Shown here: in pieces, positions 10,076-20,350 of the stretch | How positions within the stretch are numbered: the stretch's first letter is position 1 | Layout of the letters: each line of letters opens with the position of its first letter | Source: Planctomycetota bacterium | Lineage (GTDB): Bacteria; Planctomycetota; SZUA-567; H5-PLA8 | Reading direction: 5' to 3' | Assembly: GCA_045863855.1 (NCBI GenBank) | Contig: BTVV01000002.1 | Span: 78,083-142,082, forward strand | Length of the DNA stretch: 64,000 bases | Program-made: the position numbers and the translations under genes | Notes under the pieces: model-generated | What the model saw: the letters and a program-made list of their open reading frames with translations, nothing else | What the model was told of the DNA's origin: nothing | The model's database searches: none

Positions 10076-11011
10076 TTGGCTCAACGTCCGTCCCCGCCGC
10101 CCGCGATCCGCACGCTCAAGATGGCCGAGCATCTGCCCGGGCACGCGGGGTCGCTCCCGCTTTCGGTGCGCTGGCACGACGTGAATCAGATGGTCGGCGC
10201 GCACGATCACGACTTCTACGAATTGGTGCTGGTCACGCACGGGCGCGGCGAACACTTCACCAGCCGCCGGCGGGTGCTCACCACGGCCGGCGACGTCTGG
10301 GCGATCCGGCCCGGGCACTGGCATACGTATATGAACGCGAAGCATCTGGGCGTCTTCAACTGTCTGATCGGGACGAGCCTGTTCAAGGAGCTGGCGCCGG
10401 GCTTGCAACGCGCGCCGGGATCGGTGGAGCTGTTCTGGCGCGGACCGGCCAAGCAGGCGCGCGACGGCTGCTGCCTGTTGCGCCTCGACCCGGCGCGGCG
10501 TCTGGAAGCCGAACGGATTCTGGAGCGGCTGGCCGAGATACTTTCGCGCGGCGACGCGTCGGCCGAACTGGAAGCGCGGGGCGAACTGTGGGCTTTTCTG
10601 GCGATCCTTTCCCGCGCGGCGGAGACGGAGTTACTCGACGCGAAATCCGCGGAAGCGCGCGCCGATGCGAAGGCCCCCCGGCACGACGCAGCCGTCGCGG
10701 CGTTGGAACTGCTGGAGACGCGCTTCGCCGAGCCTCTGGCGGTGGAAGAACTGGCCGCGGCGGCAGGGGTGAGCGCGCCGCATCTGACGCGGCTCTTCCG
10801 GCGTCTGACCGGGCGCAGTCCAATGCAATACTTGAACGACGTGCGCATCCAGCGCGCATGCACGCGGCTGGCGGAATCGGACGAGCCGATCACCTCCATC
10901 GCCGGCGCGGTGGGCTGGCCCGACCCGAACCTATTTGCGCGGCGCTTCCGGCAGGCGCTGGGCGTTTCGCCGCGGGCGTACCGGGCGGAGAAGAAGGGGC
11001 GTGGGGGGTAG
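10076..11011 (+). CDS. AraC family transcriptional regulator (RhaS/RhaR-like, cupin N-domain)
   Basis: HDHDFYELVLV cupin motif; C-terminal ITSIAGAVGWPDPNLFARRFRQALGVSPRAYR; start could be 10120. Confidence 0.93.
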   Translation: MAQRPSPPPAIRTLKMAEHLPGHAGSLPLSVRWHDVNQMVGAHDHDFYELVLVTHGRGEHFTSRRRVLTTAGDVWAIRPGHWHTYMNAKHLGVFNCLIGTSLFKELAPGLQRAPGSVELFWRGPAKQARDGCCLLRLDPARRLEAERILERLAEILSRGDASAELEARGELWAFLAILSRAAETELLDAKSAEARADAKAPRHDAAVAALELLETRFAEPLAVEELAAAAGVSAPHLTRLFRRLTGRSPMQYLNDVRIQRACTRLAESDEPITSIAGAVGWPDPNLFARRFRQALGVSPRAYRAEKKGRGG

Positions 11012-11173
11012 GGTGCGGGAGAACGGCAAAGGGCCTCCATTGAAAGACTTCCCCGCCATGATCGTTTTATGCTAGTTCGTGCCCAGCGCGGACTAGTGCC
11101 GGACCCCCTCGCTGGGGTCTAATGCCTCCATGCGCGGAAGAAGCCGCGCCGGATGCTTCAGCGAGGAAACGAG

Positions 11174-12094
11174 ATGCCCGCCACCGTCCCGGCCGTCGAC
11201 TTCAACCGCACGATCCAGCTCAGCGACGAACAGATCCGCTTCTACCAGGAGAACGGGTTCATCCAGATCCTGAACGTGCTGACGCCCGACGAAGTCGATT
11301 TCGTCCGCGAGAGCATCGCCGAAGCGATCGATCACCTCTCGCGCACCAAGACCGGCAAAAGCCAAGGCAACCCCTTCTACAGCAAGGTCTTTCACCAGGA
11401 AGTGAACCTCTGGCGCATTCACGAGGGCGTGAAGCGCTACACCCTTTCGCGCCGCCTGGGCGAACTGGCGCGGCAGTTGACCGGCGTCGCCAAGATGCGC
11501 CTTTGGCACGATCACTGCCTGTACAAGATGCCCGAGCAGAGCCTCGCCAGCGACTGGCACCAGGACTGGCCCTACTGGCCGATGTACCACGCCGGCGCGA
11601 TGAGCTGCTGGATGGCGCTGGACGATGTGAACGAGACCAACGGCTGCCTGCAGTTCGTGCCCAAGAGCTTTAAGTGGGGCATCTACCCGGCCATCGCGCT
11701 GGGCAGCGGAAAGAAGCAGCTCGAAACGATGCTGAACGAGGAAGAGCGCGCGAAGTTCAAGCCCGTCGCGATGCCGATGCCGGCCGGGAGCTGCACGTTC
11801 CACGATGGGCTGTGTTTCCACTACGCCAATCCCAACCGCAGCGATAAGCCGCGCCGCGCGATTGCCACGATCTACCAGCCCGACGGGACCGAGTTCCGCA
11901 AGAAGGGGCATATCTGCACCGATCCGTTGAAGCTCAACGACGGCGACAAGCTGGTCGACGAGATCTTCCCGGTTGTGGCCGAAGGGAAACCCTATCCGAC
12001 GACCACCTTCTACGATGCGCGGGAGCGGCTGAAGAGCGAAGCCGCGCTGAACGACGCTCGCCACGCGCGCATGAAGGCGGCGGCGGAAGCGTGA
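11174..12094 (+). CDS. Phytanoyl-CoA dioxygenase (PhyH) family Fe(II)/2OG dioxygenase
   Basis: WHQDWPYW, WMALDD, NGCLQFVP, FHDGLCFHYANPNRSDKPRRA. Confidence 0.92.
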   Translation: MPATVPAVDFNRTIQLSDEQIRFYQENGFIQILNVLTPDEVDFVRESIAEAIDHLSRTKTGKSQGNPFYSKVFHQEVNLWRIHEGVKRYTLSRRLGELARQLTGVAKMRLWHDHCLYKMPEQSLASDWHQDWPYWPMYHAGAMSCWMALDDVNETNGCLQFVPKSFKWGIYPAIALGSGKKQLETMLNEEERAKFKPVAMPMPAGSCTFHDGLCFHYANPNRSDKPRRAIATIYQPDGTEFRKKGHICTDPLKLNDGDKLVDEIFPVVAEGKPYPTTTFYDARERLKSEAALNDARHARMKAAAEA

Positions 12095-12100
12095 ATCCAG

Positions 12101-12234
12101 TTCGGATTGAGGATATTAGATTGCGGCTTTCGGATTAAACGGCCGAGGCGAGCGTAGCGGCTTGTCCGTTGAAGTGCAGTCGTTCAATCCGTTATCCGCC
12201 ATCCGCCATCCGCCATTCACAATTCACAATCCCA
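12101..12234. repeat. Two inverted heptamer arrays (TGCGGAT-like x5; CATCCGC-like x7) around a ~50-bp core
   Basis: ttcggat tgaggat attagat tgcggct ttcggat at 12101-12135; aatccgt tatccgc catccgc catccgc cattcac aattcac aatccca at 12186-12234. Confidence 0.85.
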
Positions 12235-12238
12235 GGTA

Positions 12239-13060
12239 TTACCCATAGGGCCCCTTCCCGTGGAAGCCCAGCACGCGGCGCAGGCGCGCGTCGTCGCGCG
12301 TGCGCGCTTCGACCCATTCGGGCAGGCGGTAGTGCATGAACGGGTAGAACCGTTGGGCGACCCAGCGCATCCCGAAATGCATCTGGAGCAAGTAGCGCGT
12401 ATCGCCGGACGAATTCGGCGCTCCGCGGTGCCAGCATTGTCCGTTGTGCAGGTAGGCGTCGCCGGCGCGCGCGTACATGCTCACCGGCCCGCGTCCGTCG
12501 AACTTCGGCGCCGCCGTCTTCGGCGGCGGATGCCTTCCCGCGTAGTGGCTGGCCGGAACGAACTGCGTCGGCCCGTGCGTTTCGTCGAGGACGTCGCTGA
12601 GCAGAATCTGAAACGTGAACTGGCAGATGGGCATGCGCAGCCGGGCGTCGTGCCGTTCGATCCCTTCGGGCAGCGGAAACAGGAGATGCTCGTCCACGTG
12701 CCAGCCGTCGATGGCTTTGCCCGAAGGATTCACCACCGCGTTGTTCGCCACGAGGTGGCAGTGGGGCCCCAGGATCCGTTCGGCCAGCGAGATGAACGGT
12801 TCGCGCGTGAGCAGTTCCAGAAAGAGCGGGTCGAGTTCGAAGAGGCGGCACATCACGATGTCGCCGTAGCGGTTATGCGTATCGGCCAGGCCGGGGTTCG
12901 CGAAGGCTCGATCCAGCGCGGCGCGCAATGCGGCGCACTCGCCGGGCGCCAGGACCCCGGGCAGCGGACAGAAGCCGTCGCGTTCGAAGCGTTCGGCGAT
13001 CGCGCCTTGTTCGGCCTCGGCGGGCACGGCGGAGACGGCAGGCACGGTCAGCGTGGTCAT
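12239..13060 (-). CDS. PhyH family Fe(II)/2OG dioxygenase
   Basis: WHVDE, GPTQFVPASH, AGDAYLHNGQCWHRGAPNSSGDTR. Confidence 0.92.
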   Translation of the reverse strand: MTTLTVPAVSAVPAEAEQGAIAERFERDGFCPLPGVLAPGECAALRAALDRAFANPGLADTHNRYGDIVMCRLFELDPLFLELLTREPFISLAERILGPHCHLVANNAVVNPSGKAIDGWHVDEHLLFPLPEGIERHDARLRMPICQFTFQILLSDVLDETHGPTQFVPASHYAGRHPPPKTAAPKFDGRGPVSMYARAGDAYLHNGQCWHRGAPNSSGDTRYLLQMHFGMRWVAQRFYPFMHYRLPEWVEARTRDDARLRRVLGFHGKGPYG

Positions 13061-13223
13061 GGGCTTCGTCCTCGGGTCTGCTTCAGGTAACCCCACGGCG
13101 GAGCCGGACGCCATGGGTACTCGTTCCCCGAATCGGGCGGCTTGGGGGCTAAAATCGACATCTTTCCGTCCCGCGGGCCGATACGCGGTATACTGATAGG
13201 GAAGGCATCCCGAGGCCGCCGCG

Positions 13224-14177
13224 ATGAGCACTCGCCCGCCCGCGCCCGAATATTTGGCGCTCGACGAACTGCAGCCCCGTGTGGACCTCGCCAGTTACTG
13301 GCGCGTCGGGCCGGTCTGGTACACGTACCGCATCCCCGGGCACCACCTGCTCTTGATTCATCGCGGGACGCTGGAGGCCGATACGCCGCAGGGGCGCATC
13401 AAGGCCAAGGACGGCGATCTGATCTGCTTCCGGCCGACGGAGCACAACGAGTACGGCACGAAGGGGAAGCTGGAGTTCTTCCAGGCGCACATCGATTTCG
13501 CGCCGCCGCCCAAGGAGGCGCAGACGCCGTGGCTGGGCGAGGCCGGCCCGCTGCCGCTGCACCTGCCGATGGGGGATGCCTACGAGCCGCTCGCGCGGGT
13601 GTACGAGACGTTGATGCTGGAGTTGCCGCAAAGCGGCGCGGTCCACGAACTGCGGGTGCGCCAGGCGGTCTTCGAGATGCTGGCGCTTATCGCCGAAGCG
13701 CAACTGGGCCGCCAGCGCCGCCGGGGCGAAACGCAGGCGCCGCGCATCGACGCGTGGCAGCGCGCGCGGCTGCGGCTGGGCGCCGACCTGGACGCCGAGC
13801 TGCGGCTGGGGCCGCTCGCCCGCGAGCTGGGAGTCTCGCGCGATCATTACAACAGCCGATATCGCCCGCGCGTCGGCGTGAATCCGATCGAGCACCGTAC
13901 GCGGGCGCGGCTGCTGGCGGCGCTGCGGAGGCTGCGCGAAGGGACCGAGCCGGTGAAGGTCATCGCGCGCGCGCTGGGCTGGGCGGATACGAAGAGCCTC
14001 ACCCGCGCCTGCAAGCGCCACTTCGGCCTTGCGCCGCGGGATGTCCGCGCGGGGCAGAGCTTGCCGACGCCCGAAGCGCCGGGTACGGAGAGCGAGCGGC
14101 TGTATCCGATCAACAAGCATGTGGTGCCGCCGGAGGCGGGGGCGCGGTATTTCGAGAAGTGGAGGGTGCGGAAGTAG
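13224..14177 (+). CDS. AraC family transcriptional regulator
   Basis: Cupin-like N-terminus; VKVIARALGWADTKSLTRACKRHFGLAP second HTH; divergent from the PhyH gene. Confidence 0.88.
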   Translation: MSTRPPAPEYLALDELQPRVDLASYWRVGPVWYTYRIPGHHLLLIHRGTLEADTPQGRIKAKDGDLICFRPTEHNEYGTKGKLEFFQAHIDFAPPPKEAQTPWLGEAGPLPLHLPMGDAYEPLARVYETLMLELPQSGAVHELRVRQAVFEMLALIAEAQLGRQRRRGETQAPRIDAWQRARLRLGADLDAELRLGPLARELGVSRDHYNSRYRPRVGVNPIEHRTRARLLAALRRLREGTEPVKVIARALGWADTKSLTRACKRHFGLAPRDVRAGQSLPTPEAPGTESERLYPINKHVVPPEAGARYFEKWRVRK

Positions 14178-14190
14178 GGGACTGCATCGC

Positions 14191-14214
14191 CGCAGAGACG
14201 CGGAGGGCGTGGAG
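14191..14214 (+). repeat. Short 8-9-bp-period repeat (CRYRGAG x3)
   Basis: cgcagag-a-cgcggag-gg-cgtggag; similar to the element at 15427. Confidence 0.5.
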
Positions 14215-14419
14215 AAAGGCAAAAATGTCCTCTTCTCCCCATTCTCTTATTGCGCGCATGGCCTCCTCGTAGGCTTAAGAGTCCTTGCCTTTCAGTCCAA
14301 AATCCCCAATCGACCATCCCCCATGCGCGCTTTCCCCTTGCACTCGCATTCCCGCTTCCCCCCGCTAACTTGAACGCGTCGCCTGCCACAAACCGCTAAT
14401 CCGCCGCGAGGGTCGCGCC

Positions 14420-15397
14420 GTGAAGATCCAGCAGTTGGTGTTTCCCGATCAGCATCGTTGCGAAGTCGAAGAGACGGAGCTTTCCGAACGCCTGGGTCCG
14501 GGCGAGGTGCTGGTCAAGAACCGCGTCACGCTGGTGAGCGCCGGGACGGAACTGGCGATGTTCACGCGGACGCACCGCGGCTTCGACGAGCCGGATTTCG
14601 CGTACGCGAAGTATCCTTTCCGCCCCGGCTATGCGGCGGTGGGCGAGGTGGTCATCGGCGTCGGCGATATCAAGCCGGGGACGCGCGTCTTCCACGCCAC
14701 CAAGCACGGCACGTACGCGAAGCTTTCGGCGCAGGATGTCATCGTGCTGCCGGAAGGGCTGGCGGACGAGCACGCGACGTTCTTCGGCCTCGCTCAGATT
14801 TCGATGACGTCTCCGCGCCTCGCGCCACCCAAGATGGGCGAGCATGTGGTGGTGATCGGGATGGGGCTGATCGGCAACCTGTGCGCGCAGTTGTACGCGC
14901 AGGGCGGCGCCGGGCGCGTGGGTTGCGCGGACTTGACGCCCTTCCGGCTCGAGAAGGCGCGCGCCTGCGGCCTGATCGAAGGGTTTAACACGCGCGAAAA
15001 GCCGCTCACCGAGTGGGTCAAGCAGTTCGGCCCGCGCGGGGCCGAGATCGTCGTCGAAGCCGTGGGCATCAACCCCACCATCGACGCGGCGCTCAAGTCG
15101 GTGGCCGACCGCGGTCTGGTGGTGCTGCTGGGCAGCCCGCGCAGCAAGATGGAGATCGATCCGTACTTCGATATCCACCGCAAAGGCATCGCGGTGATCG
15201 GCGCGCACGGGCGGAACGTCGATGCCGTGACGAGGCAGCAGGATCAGCCGCTGTTGCTGGAGTGGCTGAAGAACGGGAAGCTGCGCGTGGAGCCGCTGAT
15301 CACGCAGCGCATGCCGTTTACGGAAGGCTTGAAGGCGTACGAGGGCCTGCGCGACCGGACGGATGAATATCTGGGCGTGATCCTGACGTATCCGTAG
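14420..15397 (+). CDS. MDR-family (zinc-binding dehydrogenase-like) oxidoreductase
   Basis: VSAGTE, PGYAAVGEV, GMGLIG Rossmann motif; GTG start. Confidence 0.88.
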   Translation: MKIQQLVFPDQHRCEVEETELSERLGPGEVLVKNRVTLVSAGTELAMFTRTHRGFDEPDFAYAKYPFRPGYAAVGEVVIGVGDIKPGTRVFHATKHGTYAKLSAQDVIVLPEGLADEHATFFGLAQISMTSPRLAPPKMGEHVVVIGMGLIGNLCAQLYAQGGAGRVGCADLTPFRLEKARACGLIEGFNTREKPLTEWVKQFGPRGAEIVVEAVGINPTIDAALKSVADRGLVVLLGSPRSKMEIDPYFDIHRKGIAVIGAHGRNVDAVTRQQDQPLLLEWLKNGKLRVEPLITQRMPFTEGLKAYEGLRDRTDEYLGVILTYP

Positions 15398-15426
15398 CGG
15401 ATTCGGACTCGGTGCAGGGCGTTTAC

Positions 15427-15451
15427 CACGGAGAACGCGGAGCGCACGGAG
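15427..15451 (+). repeat. Short 9-bp-period repeat (CRCGGAG x3)
   Basis: cacggag-aa-cgcggag-cg-cacggag between convergent genes. Confidence 0.55.
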
Positions 15452-15550
15452 TACGGGCTGGTATTCGATTGAAGGGCACGGCGAGCATCACTCGTATCGG
15501 TTCACGCGATGCAGGTGGTTCCTCATTCGCAGCGGCGAACGGTGTAAGCG

Positions 15551-16723
15551 TTATTTCTTTCTTGCCAAGACCAGATCGCGGAAGCGGCTGAACAGGTAGA
15601 AGCTGTCGTGCGGGCCGGGGCTGGCTTCGGGGTGGTACTGCACGCTGAAGGCGGGCAGTTCCTTGTGCCGCAGGCCCTCGACGGTGTTGTCGTTGAGGTT
15701 GATGTGGGTGACCTCGACTTCGCGCGGTAGCTTTTTCGGATCGACGGCGAAGCCGTGGTTCTGGCTGGTGATCTCGACTTTCTGCGTGCTCTGGTCGAGC
15801 ACGGGGTGATTCGCGCCGCGGTGGCCGAACTTGAGCTTGTAGGTTTGCGCGCCGAGCGCGAGGCCGAGCATCTGGTGGCCAAGGCAGATGCCGAAGACCG
15901 GCACCTTGCCCAGCAGGCCGCGGATCGTTTCGGGCGCTCCGGCCACGGCCGCGGGATCGCCGGGGCCGTTGGAGAGAAAGACGCCGTCGGGCTTGAGCTG
16001 GAGAATCTCGGCGGCGCTGGTGCGCGCCGGGACGACGGTCACTTCGGCGCCGACTTCGGCGAGGCAGCGCAGGATGTTCTGCTTGATGCCGAAATCGACG
16101 GCCACGCAGCGAAATTCGTTGGGCTTCGCGTGCAGCGTCGCCAGCGGACCGGCGGTCTCGGGGCGTTCGAATCCCTTCAGAAAGCCGCCTTCCCATCGGT
16201 AAGTCTTCTCGCAGCTTACGTCGAAAGCCAGGTTGCGGCCTTCCATGCGCGGGCTGCTGCGGGCCTGTTCGATCAAGTCGGCGTCGGAGCGCTTGGCGCT
16301 GGCTTCGCTGCACGCCAGCAGTCCGCGCATCACGCCGCCGACGCGCAGCTTCTTGGTCAGCGCGCGGGTGTCGATGTCTTCAAGCCCCGGAACGCCTGCC
16401 TTTTCGAGGAACGAGCTGAGATCGTCGCCGGCGCGGTAGTTGCTTTTGAGCGCGGCCAGTTCGCGGACCAGGAAGCCTTCGACCCACGGCTTATGCGATT
16501 CGTTGTCGTCGGCGTTGACGCCGTAGTTCCCGATCAGCGGATAGGTCATCGTCACGATCTGCCCCGTGTAGGACGGATCGGTGAGGATTTCCTGGTAGCC
16601 GGCCATGGAGGTGTTGAAAACGACTTCGCCGCAACGGTCGGTGCGCGCTCCGAAGGCTCGGCCGCGGTAGACCGTACCGTCTTCCAGCGCCAGCCGGGCG
16701 GGCGGCAGCGTGCGCATGCTCAC
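15551..16723 (-). CDS. carA: Carbamoyl-phosphate synthase small subunit
   Basis: [47 protein letters not shown]. Confidence 0.98.
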   Translation of the reverse strand: MSMRTLPPARLALEDGTVYRGRAFGARTDRCGEVVFNTSMAGYQEILTDPSYTGQIVTMTYPLIGNYGVNADDNESHKPWVEGFLVRELAALKSNYRAGDDLSSFLEKAGVPGLEDIDTRALTKKLRVGGVMRGLLACSEASAKRSDADLIEQARSSPRMEGRNLAFDVSCEKTYRWEGGFLKGFERPETAGPLATLHAKPNEFRCVAVDFGIKQNILRCLAEVGAEVTVVPARTSAAEILQLKPDGVFLSNGPGDPAAVAGAPETIRGLLGKVPVFGICLGHQMLGLALGAQTYKLKFGHRGANHPVLDQSTQKVEITSQNHGFAVDPKKLPREVEVTHINLNDNTVEGLRHKELPAFSVQYHPEASPGPHDSFYLFSRFRDLVLARKK

Positions 16724-16876
16724 GAAGTCGATTCCTTTCCGTGCGGGGTGCGGGCGCGCGACAACGGAGAGCGTTTTATCCGCGCGCGCGCGGCGGCGCA
16801 ATCGCATGCGAAGCGTTCTTGCCCGCAGGCTCGGGCGCGTCAAGATAGGTGCATAGCCTTCGTCCAAGGAGCGCCC

Positions 16877-17911
16877 ATGGCCCGCTTGTACCTTTCGCCC
16901 TCCGAACTTCACGCGCGGATGATGCAGGATCTGGAACTTCCGCTGGCGTACCGCAAGGGGCCGGTGCCGGCCTGGCAGCGCAAGCTGCGCCCGAAGCTGC
17001 GGGAACTGGTGGGCGCGTGGCCGGCGAAGCGAGCCCCGCTAAAGGTACGGTCGCTCTGGAAGCGCGAACACCCGCTGGGCCGGATCGAGAAGATCGCGTT
17101 CCAGGCCGAGCCGTACAGCGACGCGCTGGCGTACGTGTGCCTTCCGCGCGACGTCAAGCCGCCGTACACGTGGTTCGTCTGTCTGCAGGGGCATTCGACG
17201 GGGATGCATAATTCCATCGCGGTGGATCGCGAGGACGAATCGAAGCCGATCGAGATCCAAGGCGACCGGGACTTCGGCTTGGGTTGCATGAAGCGCGGGA
17301 TCGCGGCGCTGTGCATCGAGCAGCGTTCGTTCGGACTGCGGCGCGAGCAGGTTCAGGAGCGCAAGGCGCAGCACGGCTGCCACGACGCGACGATGCACGC
17401 GCTGATGCTGGGCCGGACGCTGATCGGCGAGCGCGTTTTCGACGTGGACCGCGGTCTGGATTATCTGGAAACGCGCGGCGACGTGGACTGGAAGAAAGTC
17501 GGCGTGATGGGCAACAGCGGCGGCGGGACGATCAGCGTCTTCGCTGCGGCGCTCTTGCCTCGGCTGAAGTTCTGCATGCCGTCCTGCTACTTCTGTACGT
17601 TCCGGGGCTCGATCATGTCGATCGGGCACTGCATGGACAACTACATCCCCAGCTTGCTGCTGTATGCCGAGATGCCGGATGTGATGGGCTTGTTCGCACC
17701 GAAGCCGGTGGTGGCGGTCGCGGGGCTGACCGACGAAATTTTCCCGGTTAAGGAGGTGCGTTCGGCCTTCAGAGACTTAAAGCGCATTTATAAAGCGGCC
17801 GGGGCGGAGCGGCACTGCCATCTGGTGATCGGTCCCGAAGGGCACCGCTTTTACGCGGATCTGGCTTGGCCGAAGATGCTGGCAGAACTAAACCGGGCGG
17901 GAAAAGATTGA
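16877..17911 (+). CDS. Alpha/beta hydrolase (acetyl-esterase/dienelactone hydrolase-like)
   Basis: GNSGGG nucleophile elbow, DEIF, GHRFY; AAGGAG RBS. Confidence 0.88.
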   Translation: MARLYLSPSELHARMMQDLELPLAYRKGPVPAWQRKLRPKLRELVGAWPAKRAPLKVRSLWKREHPLGRIEKIAFQAEPYSDALAYVCLPRDVKPPYTWFVCLQGHSTGMHNSIAVDREDESKPIEIQGDRDFGLGCMKRGIAALCIEQRSFGLRREQVQERKAQHGCHDATMHALMLGRTLIGERVFDVDRGLDYLETRGDVDWKKVGVMGNSGGGTISVFAAALLPRLKFCMPSCYFCTFRGSIMSIGHCMDNYIPSLLLYAEMPDVMGLFAPKPVVAVAGLTDEIFPVKEVRSAFRDLKRIYKAAGAERHCHLVIGPEGHRFYADLAWPKMLAELNRAGKD

Positions 17912-17976
17912 GTCGGCCCTCCGCGGAGGTAAGGTAAACGGCCTTGGAGCTGGCCCTGTTGAAGGAAGGATGGACC

Positions 17977-18465
17977 ATGTCGCACCGCGCCGCGCTGGTT
18001 GAAGCCCTGGAAGCCAATCTTAACCGCACGCTGAGCTATTTCGATGCGCCGGCCGATGCGCTGGCGCGAGCGTATGCGCCGGGAAAGTGGACGCTGCAGG
18101 TATTGCTGGTGCATCTCAGCGATACCGAGGCCGTGTTTTTGGATCGCTTGCGGCGTATCGCGAGCGACGAAAAGCCGCTCTTGCTGGGCATGGACCCCGA
18201 CCGCTGGGCGGCCGGTCTGGATTACAAGCGCCGCGATGTGAAGCTGGCGAAGCTGCAATACGAAGCCGCTCGCCGCGGGATCATCGAACTGGCCGTGAAG
18301 GCTTCGCCCGCACTGGATGCCCGAAGCGCGCCGCATTCGGAAGGCGGCACGCGGACCTTCGCGCAAATCTTGAAGACCGCACTGGACCACGACGAGCATC
18401 ACTTGGAGCAGGCGCAGGCGATATTGGACGGGAAGACGTGGGTGGCTACGAAGAGCGGGTATTAA
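17977..18465 (+). CDS. DinB family protein
   Basis: YAPGKWT...HLSDTE and HDEHHLEQ motifs. Confidence 0.88.
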   Translation: MSHRAALVEALEANLNRTLSYFDAPADALARAYAPGKWTLQVLLVHLSDTEAVFLDRLRRIASDEKPLLLGMDPDRWAAGLDYKRRDVKLAKLQYEAARRGIIELAVKASPALDARSAPHSEGGTRTFAQILKTALDHDEHHLEQAQAILDGKTWVATKSGY

Positions 18466-19084
18466 AGCTGGCGCCAGACTTGGCGCGCGCATTCCGCCCG
18501 CTGGCTCGATGCATCCGCCAGAACAGGTAGACACTTCCCGTCCAGCACGCCAGCATACAGAGCAATCCCGCCTGGCACGTCAGCCAGCCGATCAGCTTGG
18601 CTTGCCTGAGCACCCGCAGTTTGCCGAACAGATACAGCCAATCGTGCTGCGCGTCGCCGCCGCCGATGGTAACCAGCGGTAGCACCAGTTCGGTGGCGTC
18701 GGCCATGTAGACGCCGGTGTGGTAGCAGTTCGTCGCCAGCCACGCGAAGCAGAAGCAGATCGCGAAGTAGTCGCGTTGCCGGAAAAACATAATCATGCTG
18801 CCCAAGGGCGCGGCGAACTGCAGGATCGTGCCGCCTGCCGCGCCAAGAAATGGGCCGAACCAGCTGAAGAGCGGATGGCCGGCTTCGTGGATCGGCAAGT
18901 TCAGGCTGTGCAGCAGAGTCCAGTAATGCGGATCCCAGAGCATGCGCAGACCGATGTAGATGCAGTACACGAACAGCGGCGCGCGCACGAGCCAACTGCG
19001 CCCACGGCACCAGTCCAGCGCATCGGCATGCACGAGGCCGGGGAATGTGCGGAGCCGTTCGATCCAGTTGGTGCCGCTCGCCAT
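18446..19084 (-). CDS. Membrane protein with HExxH motif (M50-like putative metallopeptidase)
   Basis: LPIHEAGH, GGTILQ, YMADA, HDWLYL; several TM segments. Confidence 0.7.
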   Translation of the reverse strand: MASGTNWIERLRTFPGLVHADALDWCRGRSWLVRAPLFVYCIYIGLRMLWDPHYWTLLHSLNLPIHEAGHPLFSWFGPFLGAAGGTILQFAAPLGSMIMFFRQRDYFAICFCFAWLATNCYHTGVYMADATELVLPLVTIGGGDAQHDWLYLFGKLRVLRQAKLIGWLTCQAGLLCMLACWTGSVYLFWRMHRASGRNARAKSGASFNTRSS

Positions 19085-19188
19085 GTCCGCTCCGGGTCCC
19101 ACCTATTGTTACCATAGCTTCAGATTCTTGACCCCGCTCTATCGGCGGGGGGCGAGCTTACATAGAAGCTCTAAGCGAGGATCCCCTC

Positions 19189-20340
19189 ATGTACCGTTAC
19201 CTGCTGCTCGTGATGCTGCTTTGGCGGGGGGCTGCGGCTTACTCGAGTGAGGCGCAGGTCACCGCCCTGCGCGTGCCGGAGGGCGGGATTCAGCCGCAGG
19301 CCGCTGTGGATACTCAAGGCCGTGCCCACCTGGTGTACTTCAAAGGTGCGCCGGCGGCGGGCGATCTGTTCTACGTGATCTCTTCGGACGGCGGCTCGAC
19401 TTGGTCGAAACCGCTTCGGATCAACCGGACGCCGAACAGCGCCATAGCCACCGGAACCATCCGCGGCGTGCACCTCGCGTTGGGCAAGAACAACCGCCCC
19501 CACGTGGCGTGGATGGGCAGCAAGGACGCTCAGCCGCGCGGACCGAACGGCGCGGCGCCGATGCTGTATACGCGGCTCGACGATGCCGGCACGGCTTTCG
19601 AATCCGAACGGAATGTGATGCAGACGACGGACGGTTTGGACGGCGGCGGCAGCCTCGCGGCGGACCCGCTGGGACACGTATACGTGGTCTGGCACGGGAA
19701 TGCGCCCGGGACCAGGGACGAAGCGGCGCGGCAAGTCTTTGTGGCTGCCTCGCAGGACGAGGGCCAAACCTTCGGGCGCGAGACGCCGGCTTCGGCTCAA
19801 GCGACCGGCTGCTGTGCATGCTGCGGGATGCGCGCCTTCTGCGATACGCAGGGCCGCTTGTACATCTTGTATCGCGCGGCGATCGAGAAGGTGAACCGCG
19901 ACATGGTATTGCTGAGCGGGAAGGCCGGACAGTTCCCGCTGCAAGGCGCGATGTTGCATCCCTGGAAGGTGCCCGCTTGCGTGATGAGCACCGCATCGCT
20001 GGCGCCGCAGGCTTCCGGAGCGCTGGCCGCGTGGGAGACGCAGGGACAGATTCATTACGCGCGCATCGACGGGAGCACCGGGAAGAGCGGAGCCGTCGCG
20101 GCGGCGCCCGGCGACGCCGGCAAACGTAAGCATCCCGTGGCGGCGTCCGACAAGAACGGACTTACGCTGCTGGCCTGGACCGAAGGTACGGGTTGGAATC
20201 AAGGCGGCGCGGCTGCTTGGCAGCTTATCGACGCCCAAGGCCTCCCGGTTGGCGCTTTGGGGCGAGCCGAAGGCGTGCCGGTCTGGGGCCTGGTCGCGGT
20301 CTTTCCCCGCCCGAACGGGGGCTTTGCGATTATCTATTGA
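19189..20340 (+). CDS. Secreted BNR/sialidase-like beta-propeller protein
   Basis: Signal peptide, Asp-boxes SSDGGSTW and SQDEGQTF, CCACC motif. Confidence 0.78.
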   Translation: MYRYLLLVMLLWRGAAAYSSEAQVTALRVPEGGIQPQAAVDTQGRAHLVYFKGAPAAGDLFYVISSDGGSTWSKPLRINRTPNSAIATGTIRGVHLALGKNNRPHVAWMGSKDAQPRGPNGAAPMLYTRLDDAGTAFESERNVMQTTDGLDGGGSLAADPLGHVYVVWHGNAPGTRDEAARQVFVAASQDEGQTFGRETPASAQATGCCACCGMRAFCDTQGRLYILYRAAIEKVNRDMVLLSGKAGQFPLQGAMLHPWKVPACVMSTASLAPQASGALAAWETQGQIHYARIDGSTGKSGAVAAAPGDAGKRKHPVAASDKNGLTLLAWTEGTGWNQGGAAAWQLIDAQGLPVGALGRAEGVPVWGLVAVFPRPNGGFAIIY

Positions 20341-20350
20341 TGCCGCGTCC

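Noticed and set aside
4997..12234. Repeat arrays as CRISPR
   Set aside because: Units are 7 bp with no unique spacers, and there are no cas genes
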